This document shows, in pieces, positions 20,871 through 30,472 of a DNA stretch of 64,000 bases. The position numbers and the translations under genes are program-made. The stretch lies in the NCBI RefSeq assembly GCF_000142905.1, contig NW_013657657.1, forward strand, positions 124,001 to 188,000, given 5' to 3'. How positions within the stretch are numbered: the first letter of the stretch is position 1; each line of letters starts with the position of its first letter. The notes beneath the pieces were generated by a model. It made no database searches and was not told the DNA's origin. It was given only the letters and a program-made list of their open reading frames with translations. The stretch is from Thecamonas trahens ATCC 50062 (lineage: Eukaryota; Protista; Apusomonadida).

Positions 20871-22847
20871 ATGCGCTGGCGAGTGGCCGGTGAGGCCGGC
20901 CAAGTACGACCTTTTCCGGACGGCCTCCTCCTCCTCCCGCTGACCATGGCCGGTGCCGATGCTGCGGGTTGTCTCACGCTTGTCCACGCCACCACACACA
21001 CACTGGCTGTATGCGCCGGTGATGGCGAGACGTTGCTGCTGTGCACCCTCCCGTCAGGCTGCATGCTGCGGGCGTGGGCGTGGATCCGGTCTCCGTCGCC
21101 GCCGTATCGCGTCGCGCTCCTTGTCGCCACATCCGCCGATCCTCGCACCCTCGTTTTGCGGACTCTGATTGTGCCGCACAAGCGATCAAAGGCCAAGACT
21201 ATGGTGAAGAAGCTGGCGGCGGCTGCGGCGGCGGCTGTTGTCGCGCCGAGCGCCAGCTCGGGCAGCTCGCCGCGGACGCCGATCAAGCGGCCGCTCATGC
21301 GGCTGTCGCAGCCAGAGTCGGAGCTCGGCGACTCACTGCTAACGAAGCGACAGCGAGCGGTGACTGGCGGTGTTGCCGGGCGGGCTGGACCGAGCGAACC
21401 CGCCGAGCGGGGCGTGGTGCCGAGCGAGTGGCTGCCGCCCGACGAGCTCGTGTGCGAGCTGGGCAGCTACGAGGCTGCGCCGCACTGGGTCAGCGCTGGG
21501 CATATCGTTTGCGACAGCAGCAGCTCGACCGGGCCTTTGGCACTTGTCTGGATGGAGCGCACAGAGGCAGTGGTAGTCATCGGCCCGCAGTGGATGGCTG
21601 TGGTAGCTGTCCGTGGTGGGCGATCGAGCGAGGTCGGGCCTCTCATGCCAGCGGCTCTGTTGCCGCTTCCAGACGAGCTTGCAGGCTGCCCAGTGGCAGA
21701 GGCAGAGGCGGCGCTCATCTTTGCGCCGACTCGCGGCGGGCTGGTGACAGTCGCGCTGGGCGATATCACTGCACATGCTGATCCGGAAGTGGCGGCCGCG
21801 TCGCTGGTGGGCGCGCTGGCGAGCGGCGTCGAGCGCCGCAGCCCGGTAGTTGGAAGCCATGCCCCGTGCTCGCGCCCGTTTGTGGCAATGGTGCCGCGTG
21901 TCAAGGTTGCGTGCGGCGATGGCACTGCCTCGCTGGGCTCGCTGGCCCTCACTGCGGATGGCCTCGGGTGCGTCGCGTTCGACTCGGGCGCGGTTGTCCA
22001 CGGCAGCCTCGGGCTTGATGACGAGGCAAGTGGTGTGGCAGCGGTTGTGGCGCTGGCGCCGACCGCGGGCGCGGTGGTGGTGATGACCGGCAACGGCGCG
22101 GTCTTTGTCGTGCGGATGACGCTGGCCGAAGACGGACGAGTGGTGGTCTTTGACTTGCGCACCGATGCGGTGCTCTCGGCGATGGTCTGTGGCGTTGCTC
22201 CGCGCCGGGCCCTTGCACCGGTGTGTGGCGGTGGAGGCAAGCTGCGAATTGTGGCTGTGACTGGTGTGCCGGGTTTCGAGCCGCTGGTGCGGCTGCAAGT
22301 GCTCGAGGCTGATGCCGACGTAGCCGACGATAAGGAGTCGGCGAACGTGGCGCCGGCGCAGCAGATGCGCATTGCGCTCGGCCTGCTCTCTGCGCAAAGC
22401 TCGGCGTACGAGGCGGTCAAGGCGGCACGGCATGCGGCGCAAGCAAAACTGGGTGCGCTTGTGGCGGCGGCAAGCAGCAGAGACAGCGCAGCTGCGGAAA
22501 ACTGGCGGGTGGAGCTCTTGCCGACTGCCGACGGATCGGGCGGCGTCCTCCAGATCGCGGGGCCTGCGGTGTACGCCGGATCGATGGCCGCAGTCCGCAC
22601 AGTATACCAAAGCATAGTCGTCGAGGTGCCGGCCAACGGCTGTCTCCGCCTTGCGGCGCACCGGCTTGTCACCCGCAGCACCCGGGCCATCACCGTCACA
22701 GTGCTCATGGCCGGGAACGAGAGCGAGCTACACCCAATCGCTGCGGCGCAGCTCGAGCTCGACGCCGCCGTTGTTGCCGACGTAGTCCCCGACCACCATC
22801 ACGAGCTCGACGCTCTTCTGTCGCGGCTGAATCCTCACCTAATGTAG
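20871..22847 (+). CDS. Hypothetical protein (beta-rich region, coiled coil, short beta domain)
   Basis: ~658-aa ORF from ATG 20871 with host-like codon use; no confident family. Confidence 0.6.
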   Translation: MRWRVAGEAGQVRPFPDGLLLLPLTMAGADAAGCLTLVHATTHTLAVCAGDGETLLLCTLPSGCMLRAWAWIRSPSPPYRVALLVATSADPRTLVLRTLIVPHKRSKAKTMVKKLAAAAAAAVVAPSASSGSSPRTPIKRPLMRLSQPESELGDSLLTKRQRAVTGGVAGRAGPSEPAERGVVPSEWLPPDELVCELGSYEAAPHWVSAGHIVCDSSSSTGPLALVWMERTEAVVVIGPQWMAVVAVRGGRSSEVGPLMPAALLPLPDELAGCPVAEAEAALIFAPTRGGLVTVALGDITAHADPEVAAASLVGALASGVERRSPVVGSHAPCSRPFVAMVPRVKVACGDGTASLGSLALTADGLGCVAFDSGAVVHGSLGLDDEASGVAAVVALAPTAGAVVVMTGNGAVFVVRMTLAEDGRVVVFDLRTDAVLSAMVCGVAPRRALAPVCGGGGKLRIVAVTGVPGFEPLVRLQVLEADADVADDKESANVAPAQQMRIALGLLSAQSSAYEAVKAARHAAQAKLGALVAAASSRDSAAAENWRVELLPTADGSGGVLQIAGPAVYAGSMAAVRTVYQSIVVEVPANGCLRLAAHRLVTRSTRAITVTVLMAGNESELHPIAAAQLELDAAVVADVVPDHHHELDALLSRLNPHLM

Positions 22848-23497
22848 TGTGTATGTGTGCTCAGAAGAGAAGAGCGAAAGTTTGGCCCTGCAGGGTTCGG
22901 CCGGGCGGGGCATGCGGTTCGGGCGAAGATGCCACCCCCCCCCCCTTGCTGCTCTCAGGACCACCCCACCACCACACGTCTCGGGAAGGGCAGCAGGAGC
23001 AAGAGAGCAGAGCGCATCTCCCCGAGCACGGCATCCCTACGAGGCAAGGCAAGAGCACCGGCACGAGAGCAGGCGTTTTCACAACAAGCCCGTCTCGTCC
23101 ATCCCCCCTCCCCCCCCCCCCCCCCCTCCACCTCCTCTCCGACGTCGATTGGCACCTGTTGTCGCCGACCAAAGTCTGAAGGGCATTTTTTTGACTGGAA
23201 GACAGTCAGCCTCGACCGGTGCAGACAAGTTCGAAGAAGGGAGAAGACAGAGAGTGTCCAGAGAGAGAGAGAGGCCCAAGTTGGAGGTGTACACCCAAGT
23301 GGTTTTGGTACAGCCCTCTTCTCTAGCCTCCTTCGGTTCGTTGACCTGTGGGCTCTGGGCAAATCCGCCAGGGCAAATCCGCCAGCTGATACTCGCTTTG
23401 GTGGCTTTTTGACTTGACCACCAGCTGACCTCGCAAGCCTTGCACACGCTGGCTGGAACGGTACACGGCTTGGTCGACGGTAGAGATTGGAGTCAAC

Positions 23498-25614
23498 ATG
23501 GACGACGAGGTATACGCGTCGGCAACGGGCGTGGCCCTGCTTACAAACAAGCTGTCCAAGGCTGCACTGGCGCGGCCACCGGTGTCAGCCGAGCTCAAGG
23601 CTGCGGCGATCCAGCTGCGGCCGGACATGGCGGGCGTGGTGGCGCTCCTGCAGCAGCAGATTGCCAACCGCTCGAATCCGCCTGCAGGCGTGGGCGCCGA
23701 CTCTATTCCGACCGATGAGCTGGCTGGGCTGCGCAACGCAGTGTCGGTCATGGTCTCGCAGGGCGAGGCCGTCATTGTGGCGTCGATCAAGACAGCCAAG
23801 GGCGAGCCGTCGGCATCGACGGCGCTAGCTGCGCGACTCAACACGTTTACTGGCACACTCAAGGGTGTGCTAGATGCACAAGCACAGTTTGATCGCATCA
23901 AGGGAAAGGGCAAGGCCGTGCTAGCGGCGACGATCAAGGTTCGCGACGGGACCGGTCAGTTTGTGAAGAACGCGGTCGAGTTGACCAACGCATCGCTCGA
24001 GCTGACGCGGCTGGTCGAGAAGCGGGTGTGCGCCTTTGTGACCTCGCCATCGGCCCAGAGCCGTGCGCTCGACCTGGCCAAAAAGGTGCGGCTTGCGGCC
24101 AAGGCGCTGATTGTGGCGGGCAAGACCCTGATGCGCGACCCGAGTGCCGACACTCAGCCGCGAACCCAAGCTGCGTCCGAGTTGGGCGCTTCGATTTCCG
24201 AGCTGCTCAAGCTGCTTAAGGACCCGCCTGTGGGCACTGGCGCGAGTGCGGCCGACTCGAGCGCAGGAGGCAGTGGAGCGGTTGCGGGCGGAGCAGTCGT
24301 TGGCGGAGCAGTCATGGGCGGCGTCGCCGTTGGCGCAGCCGCAGCTGCTGTCGCTGCCAGCGGCGGCGAGGCCAGTCCTGCGCCGAGCCCTGTACCGAGC
24401 CCTGTGGCCGAGCCGAGTCCTGAGACCGAGCCGAGCCGCGAGGACGAGGCGAGTTCTCCAGTTGACCCGCGGTCGCGGCCGCAGCCTGTGCCCGAGCCCG
24501 AGCCCGAGCCCGAGCCTCAGACTGAACCTCAGCCTCAGGCTCTGCCGACACCAGAGCTTGAGCCCCAGCCTCAGGCTCAGCCGCAGCCCGAACCGGTGGT
24601 GGCGACGCCCGCGCCTGGAGTGGCGGCGGCCCTGTTGGCCAGGACATGGTGGCCAAGTTTGCGTTTTTTGCCGAGTCGAGCGACGAGCTGACGTTCCCTG
24701 CTGGCGCACGAATCACGGATGTGGTTGCGACGGCCAATCCGGCGTGGATGCGTGGGATGTATGATGGCAAGACCGGAATCTTTCCGTCGAACTGGGTCGA
24801 GGCTGTAGAGGCTGGGGCCGGGAGCCAGGCCGGCGGCGGCGCGGTTACCGGCGCCGCCAACGGCGGTGCCGGGGCGTCGGCAGCGGCATCGTCGTCGGGA
24901 AGCGCTTCCGCTGCTGGGAGTGAGCCTGCGCCGAAGCGTAAGGTCAAGGCCAAGTTCATGTTTGTGGCCGAGGCTGCGGACGAGCTCACGTTTGACCAGG
25001 GCGACATCATCGACGACGTTGTAGAGATCGACTCGGAGTGGATGGAGGGGACGTTCAAGGGTAAGCGCGGCATCTTCCCGCAAGCGTTTGTGGAGGATGT
25101 ACCGGTGGAGGCGCCGGCGCCGGCCAAGCCGGCGGTGCCCGAGTCAAACGTGCGGGCGCGGGCGCTGTTCAACTTTACAGCCCAGGCCGCAGACGAGCTT
25201 GCGTTCTACAAGGGCGACGTGATCGAAAACGTGCTTACTACCGACGACGAGCAGTGGTGGTTCGGCAAGTGCGGGCGGAACGACGGCATCTTCCCCGCCG
25301 GCTTTGTCGAACTCCTACCGGAAGAGTCTGAAGACGCGGCGAGCTCGTCGATCGGCAAGGCCAAGCACAAGATCGGCGCCAAGGGCTCGGGCAACGCGCG
25401 CGGTGTGGCACTCTACGACTTTGAGGCCGAGTCGCCGGACGAGGTCTCGTTCAAGGCCGGCGCTGTGATCACCAACATTGCGTTTACGCGGTCGGAGGAG
25501 TGGTGGCGCGGGATCGTCAACGGTCGTGAGGGCCTCTTCCCGTCCGACTTTGTCGAGCTCACCGAGGACGATGCGGCGGACATGCCGGCGTACGTCAAGA
25601 GGCTTGTGGGGTGA
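23498..25614 (+). CDS. Talin/vinculin-like helical bundles + PE/PQ linker + four SH3 domains; frameshift between 24562 and 24645
   Basis: Four SH3 repeats (xALxxF...DELxF..G...WW.G...GIFP..FVE) in ORF 24646; Ala-rich amphipathic helices in overlapping ORF 23498. Confidence 0.75.
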
Positions 25615-25630
25615 GGTGGTAAAGACTACG

Positions 25631-26940
25631 CTACAGCGGTGGGCGCTTGAGAGCAGCAGCCTCGGAGCGGTAGGCCTCGATCTCGCGGGCGAGCGCGGCT
25701 TCGCGGAGGTAGTAGGCGTACATGCCGCCAACAATGAGGACTATGCCGCCCAGGACACCGAGTGCGATGAGGCTGCCGAGCAGGGCCGGGGCCATCTCGC
25801 CGTCGTCTGTCGGTCCGACGGTGCGCTCCTTGACGTCGATGATGAGCGGGGCGACCGACTGGAGCGACGAGGCGACAAAGCCGTCGACGTCGTCGCCGCG
25901 GGTGCGGAGCTCGGTGTAGAGCCTGCCGCCTGCGTAGTAGGCGGGCGGGATGTCGGCAATAGTGAGGCGGAAGCCGAGGGTGACGTTGCCGATGGAAGCC
26001 AGCGGAGCAATAGCCGCAAGCTGCAGCTGGGCGCTGGCGGCGAGCCGGTTAAGGTTGTACACCTTGTGCTCGAGGACAAGCGAGGCCCAGGGCAAGCTCG
26101 CCGGCTGGGCCCAGATGACCACGGTAGTGTTTGGCGCTTCGCCCGGTCCGTCGGTGACAAGGACCGAGTAGTTGAACGCGGCGAGGAGAGTATTGTTGAC
26201 CTCCAAGGGGCCGTCCAGAAACGCGCACTCGACCCGGGCCTCGACATCGAGTACGGTCTCTACCGAGAACGACGCGCACACCGGATCGTCGGACACGCGC
26301 AGCGCCGCAAGCTCCGGCGACGGCGGGACGCACGCCAGGAGCGGATTGAGCCGCTCGACGCTGCAGCCCCAGGGACGGTCCTCAGCGCAAGTGACACCGG
26401 TCCTGAAAGGAGCGCAGTTGCACTCTACTTCATCGTTGTCGTCGGCGCCGTCGGCAGTCGAGTTTCGCGGCGGCTGAGGCACCACAAAGCCGGCGGACGA
26501 GCACTCTCGATCGTAGTTGCCAGCTGCCGGCGAGTCCGAGACGACCGCAAACTGTGCATCGGCGGCGAGGGCATTCTCAGCGCCGGCAACACTGCCTAGG
26601 GGGCGGCCGACTTGCAACCCGGCAGCGGAGGCACGGACATACACATCGTCAGCCATCGGCCGGGTGAGCAGCACGGGCGAGGCCGGTGGAGGCGGGGCTC
26701 TCGGAGGAGAAGGCGATGGCGAGACTGGCCGGGAGTCTGCCGGCAGCGTCCATGGCTGCGGCGAGGAGAGAACGCGCGAAGCGGCAGCGTATGCGGCAGA
26801 GATCTCGGTCATGTACGGCCGGGAGGCCATGGCCCAGGCCTCGGCCACCGCATGTGCTGCGTGTTCCATGGGCGAGTGCGGGCTGCGGCCGGCAGCCGGG
26901 CAGGCCAGGAGGAGGATGGCCAGGAGGAGGATGGTAGTGA
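25631..26940 (-). CDS. Type I single-pass membrane protein with Cys-rich (EGF-like) segment; start codon not seen, probably in or near the gap
   Basis: In-frame signal-like TILLLAILLLACPAAG upstream of ATG 26869; ECNCAPFRTGVTC; C-terminal TM ALLGSLIALGVLGGIVLIVGGMYAYY. Confidence 0.65.
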
Positions 26941-27018
26941 GGTGGGGGGCAGTGGTGGGTGGGGTGGGGGGAGGTGGGGGGGAGGTGGAGTGTTGGATGT
27001 GGGTGGAGTGGAGGGGGG

Positions 27019-27309
27019 NNNNNNNNNNNNNNNNNNNNNNNNNNNNNNNNNNNNNNNNNNNNNNNNNNNNNNNNNNNNNNNNNNNNNNNNNNNNNNNNNN
27101 NNNNNNNNNNNNNNNNNNNNNNNNNNNNNNNNNNNNNNNNNNNNNNNNNNNNNNNNNNNNNNNNNNNNNNNNNNNNNNNNNNNNNNNNNNNNNNNNNNNN
27201 NNNNNNNNNNNNNNNNNNNNNNNNNNNNNNNNNNNNNNNNNNNNNNNNNNNNNNNNNNNNNNNNNNNNNNNNNNNNNNNNNNNNNNNNNNNNNNNNNNNN
27301 NNNNNNNNN
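27019..27309. other. Assembly gap
   Basis: N run. Confidence 1.
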
Positions 27310-27371
27310 GGGGGGGGACTCAGCGTCGCTAGGGCCCACAGCAGTCACGGTTGGGCGAGAGTACAAAGGCC

Positions 27372-27599
27372 TCAGCTGGGCTTGTCGCCATGACGAGTAT
27401 CGAGAGTGGCGAGGGCAGTCGCGCGGCGGGCGGCGAGGGCATCGAGATCGGCGGTGGAGGCGGCCTTGGCGGCGGCGGCGGCGGCCTGGGCGTCGGCGGC
27501 GCGTGCATTGACCGAGCGGAGCCGGAGGGCAAGGGCGCCGGTAAAGGCCACGAGCAGCGCGGTCTGTACCGCCCGGCGCTGAGTCATGGTCAGCGGCAT
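27372..27599 (-). CDS. Small (75-aa) single-TM protein
   Basis: MPLTMTQRRAVQTALLVAFTGALALRL... preceded by the C-rich leader seen before other genes in this window. Confidence 0.45.
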   Translation of the reverse strand: MPLTMTQRRAVQTALLVAFTGALALRLRSVNARAADAQAAAAAAKAASTADLDALAARRATALATLDTRHGDKPS

Positions 27600-27916
27600 G
27601 GTGGCAGAGATGGGAGGGTGCAGAGGAGTGGGGTTGAAGGGGGGGGAGGGGGCGGGGGAGTGGAATACGACGTGTTGTGGTTGAGCTGACGCGCAGCCGT
27701 CAGTGGACAGGGACGATGACTGGGAGAGTGGCAGACAGAGTAAGAAGCAGGTCAAGATTAGGGATGATGTATTCATCAGGAAGGAGAGGCAAGCACAGGA
27801 AGAGAGTTGTGGTTGCGGCCAGAGTGGTATCGCGACTCTGTTGTGCGAGAGTCGTGCGAGCGATGCTAGGAGATGTAGCAATGGAACAGTGCGATCTCGA
27901 TCACAGCAAACGTGCG

Positions 27917-28624
27917 CTATGTGCGCGAGAGCGGCCTTTGTCGCTTCATCGGTCGAGGCGATGAGCTCGCGGGAGCGTCGGGGAACCACGGCAGCGAGTT
28001 CGAGGGCAAATGTGCACGGCGCTTGCGCGAGAGCGGCACGACTGCGGACGGCAGTCGTGAGCGCGCATCGATGAGAAGCGCTGGGTCGAGATCGGGCTCG
28101 GGCGAGCCGAGCGAGAGCGAGAAGACCGGCGAGAGGGCAGGCGGGGCGGGCGAGATGGGGATCGGGTTCGGGTGGAAGACCAAGGGCAGGGATCGGGTGG
28201 TGATGGCACTCAGATCGACGTAGAGATTATAGTTGAGGCGCTGGAGGACCTCCAGCTCGAGGGCGCCAAGCTCCTTGAGCGTGATTCCTGTCAGTGCGGC
28301 CCAATACGCGTTGTTGGGCGGTACGTCGAGCGAGTACTTTGCGGCGAGGAGGAGCGACACGACGACCAGCCGATGGCCGGTCCCCAGAAGGGCCAGGTTG
28401 CTCATTTGCTGGCTCTTGCGCAACTGGGCATCGAGGCGGGCAAGGTATTCGTCGGCGATGGTGACAATGTCCGAGTGAAGACCGACGCGGGCGACCAGCA
28501 TGGCCGTGAACGGGCCAATCGAAGCCGACGTGACCGAAAGTGAGTTGCAATTGATAGCAGCTCGTGCCGTCGATGCACGGGAGCTCGTGCGTGCCACATC
28601 GAGAACAGGGAGATTGATCGGCAT
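27917..28624 (-). CDS. PHO80/P-U-type cyclin
   Basis: EYLARL...HRLVVVSLLLAAKYSLD...NAYWA...GITLKELGALELEVLQRLNYNLYV. Confidence 0.85.
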   Translation of the reverse strand: MPINLPVLDVARTSSRASTARAAINCNSLSVTSASIGPFTAMLVARVGLHSDIVTIADEYLARLDAQLRKSQQMSNLALLGTGHRLVVVSLLLAAKYSLDVPPNNAYWAALTGITLKELGALELEVLQRLNYNLYVDLSAITTRSLPLVFHPNPIPISPAPPALSPVFSLSLGSPEPDLDPALLIDARSRLPSAVVPLSRKRRAHLPSNSLPWFPDAPASSSPRPMKRQRPLSRT

Positions 28625-28898
28625 GTTAAGAACAGGAGGGGGGAGGGTACAGGACGTGGGTGTTACACAAGTGCCTCAATGGTGAGAGCGTCAAGTGTGC
28701 GTCGTACCCCACGGTTCCGTGCCCTTGGTGCGGCTGTTCCCTCTATCATCGGCTTACACACCTTTTGTCCCTCGTCTGGTCACTCTAATCCTCAAAATTG
28801 GCCGCCCAAACGTTTTCGCCCCGAAAGATGGGTCAGGTTCAGCCGGATAGCAGGCGCACAGTCAACGAGTTCAACGGCAAAGCCAGCTCGCCACACTC

Positions 28899-29873
28899 AT
28901 GGCTGAGCCACTTCCGTTACACGGCCTTGCCCTGCGGGCATGTGCACAACTCGAAACCGCATGCTACATTGCCACGCACCAGCAGGAGGCGCTCCGCGGA
29001 TTGTCGCCGACCTTGAGGGCCATGCTCTTGACCAGCTGGACAAACAAACGGGTGTACGGGTCGAGCGCGCGTGCCGACTCTCTGCCAGGCCGCACCCTTG
29101 TCCGCCTCCTCCTGGCAGGTGGAGCCGCCGCCGAAATCGACGCTCTCCTGCTCGGCCAGCCGGAAATCCGGGCTCCCAGCGAACTCGTGCTCATCCTTCT
29201 CACCCAGTGTCTGGCTGCCACTGTCGTTGACCTGGCATACGCTTGCCTACCCACTGCGGATGAGTTTTGCAATGGCCTCACTCCAACCAATATACCGCTT
29301 ACCTGTCCCGCAACCGACCGTGCCACGCCCGCACATGCCACATCCGCACACTGCGCAAACGCTTGCGTCCCAACTGGTGAGCGCCTGCCGCAGCCGCTCG
29401 ATCGGCTCGTCCTCGATTTCACCGGCGCGGCACTCACCGGTGAACTTCTGCTTGAGCTTGCACAACAATTTCGGGTGGTTCGCGGTATGTCGATCCGAGG
29501 CGGGCGGTGGCTGTACCCAGATGACCTGGCGGCAGTGTTTGCAGCGCTCGAGCCGAACACTCTCGAGTGGCTGAACGCCGAGTGGGTGAGCCGACTCGAC
29601 GACAAAGCGTTCTGCGCCCTGGTGGCGAGCCACGGCGCATCGCTGCGCATCGTCGACGTCTCGCACGCAACGCGACTGACCGACGCCGCGCTTGACGCGC
29701 TCATCGCCCATGTGCCGAACCTCGAGTACATTGGGCTCCGTGGGCTTACCAGGCTCACCCTCGACGGCCTCCGGCGGCTGACGGCGGCGTTCCCCAACCT
29801 CGACGCGCCCACCGGCCAAGGATGCGGCAACCACATTCGGCCGGCGGCTGCGGGGCACTGGCGCCTGCAATGA
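28899..29873 (+). CDS. FBXL/AMN1-type LRR protein
   Basis: LEWLNAEWVSRLDD, LRIVDVSHATRLTDAAL, PNLEYIGLRGLTRLTLDGL. Confidence 0.65.
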   Translation: MAEPLPLHGLALRACAQLETACYIATHQQEALRGLSPTLRAMLLTSWTNKRVYGSSARADSLPGRTLVRLLLAGGAAAEIDALLLGQPEIRAPSELVLILLTQCLAATVVDLAYACLPTADEFCNGLTPTNIPLTCPATDRATPAHATSAHCANACVPTGERLPQPLDRLVLDFTGAALTGELLLELAQQFRVVRGMSIRGGRWLYPDDLAAVFAALEPNTLEWLNAEWVSRLDDKAFCALVASHGASLRIVDVSHATRLTDAALDALIAHVPNLEYIGLRGLTRLTLDGLRRLTAAFPNLDAPTGQGCGNHIRPAAAGHWRLQ

Positions 29874-29918
29874 ACTTTTCAAATACCTATGCGAATTTCC
29901 CAACTCGCAGTAACGTTA

Positions 29919-30000
29919 GTCGACGTGGCCGAGTGGTTAAGGCGATCGACTGCTAATTGGTTGTGCTCTGCACGCGCGTGTTCGAATCACGTCGTCGACG
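29919..30000 (+). tRNA. tRNA-Ser (anticodon GCT at 29952-29954)
   Basis: Acceptor stem GTCGACG/CGTCGAC, D-arm TGGCCGAGTGGTTAAGG, long variable arm, T-loop TTCGAAT, 82 nt. Confidence 0.95.
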
Positions 30001-30004
30001 ACGA

Positions 30005-30011
30005 TTTTTTT
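30005..30011 (+). terminator. RNA polymerase III oligo-T terminator
   Basis: T7 run 5 nt after the tRNA. Confidence 0.8.
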
Positions 30012-30472
30012 GCTCCGCTTACGACCCTCCCTCCCTTCCCCCTCCTTATCAACACTACCACCACACTTATAACCTGATAAAGAACCGTTGCTTCCTTCCT
30101 TGCCACAACAATCCAACCACTCGCCCCTCCCACCTCCCCCATCCCCGGTTTGCTCTCAACTCCACATGCACAGATCAACAGTAGACGTCCCATGGAACAT
30201 GATCTTCATCTTTCCCCGATCTTCCACTCTGGCCATATCCAGCCTCCTGTCCCCACCCGCTCTCATGCTCCCCTTCCCTTCCTCCCGCCGGCCCCGGTGA
30301 TCACAGCCACTTCAACCTCAAACTTCCCCCCTCCCCTTCATTCCTCATCTCCCATCCTCACCCCTGCCCATCCACGACCGTATGCTCCAAGACACACCAG
30401 CGGCAACTTGTTGTTGTTCGTTTAGCACACCCGTCGCCAAATTTTATTCAAACTTTTGATACTTTGCGCGCC

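Noticed and set aside
22850-23497. Short ORFs in intergenic DNA (also 57710-58500)
   Set aside because: Low-complexity sequence, no motifs, and overlapping ORFs in all frames
29919-30000. tRNA as an integration site or suppressor
   Set aside because: Ordinary Ser(GCT) tRNA with a terminator; no duplicated 3' end or integrase seen
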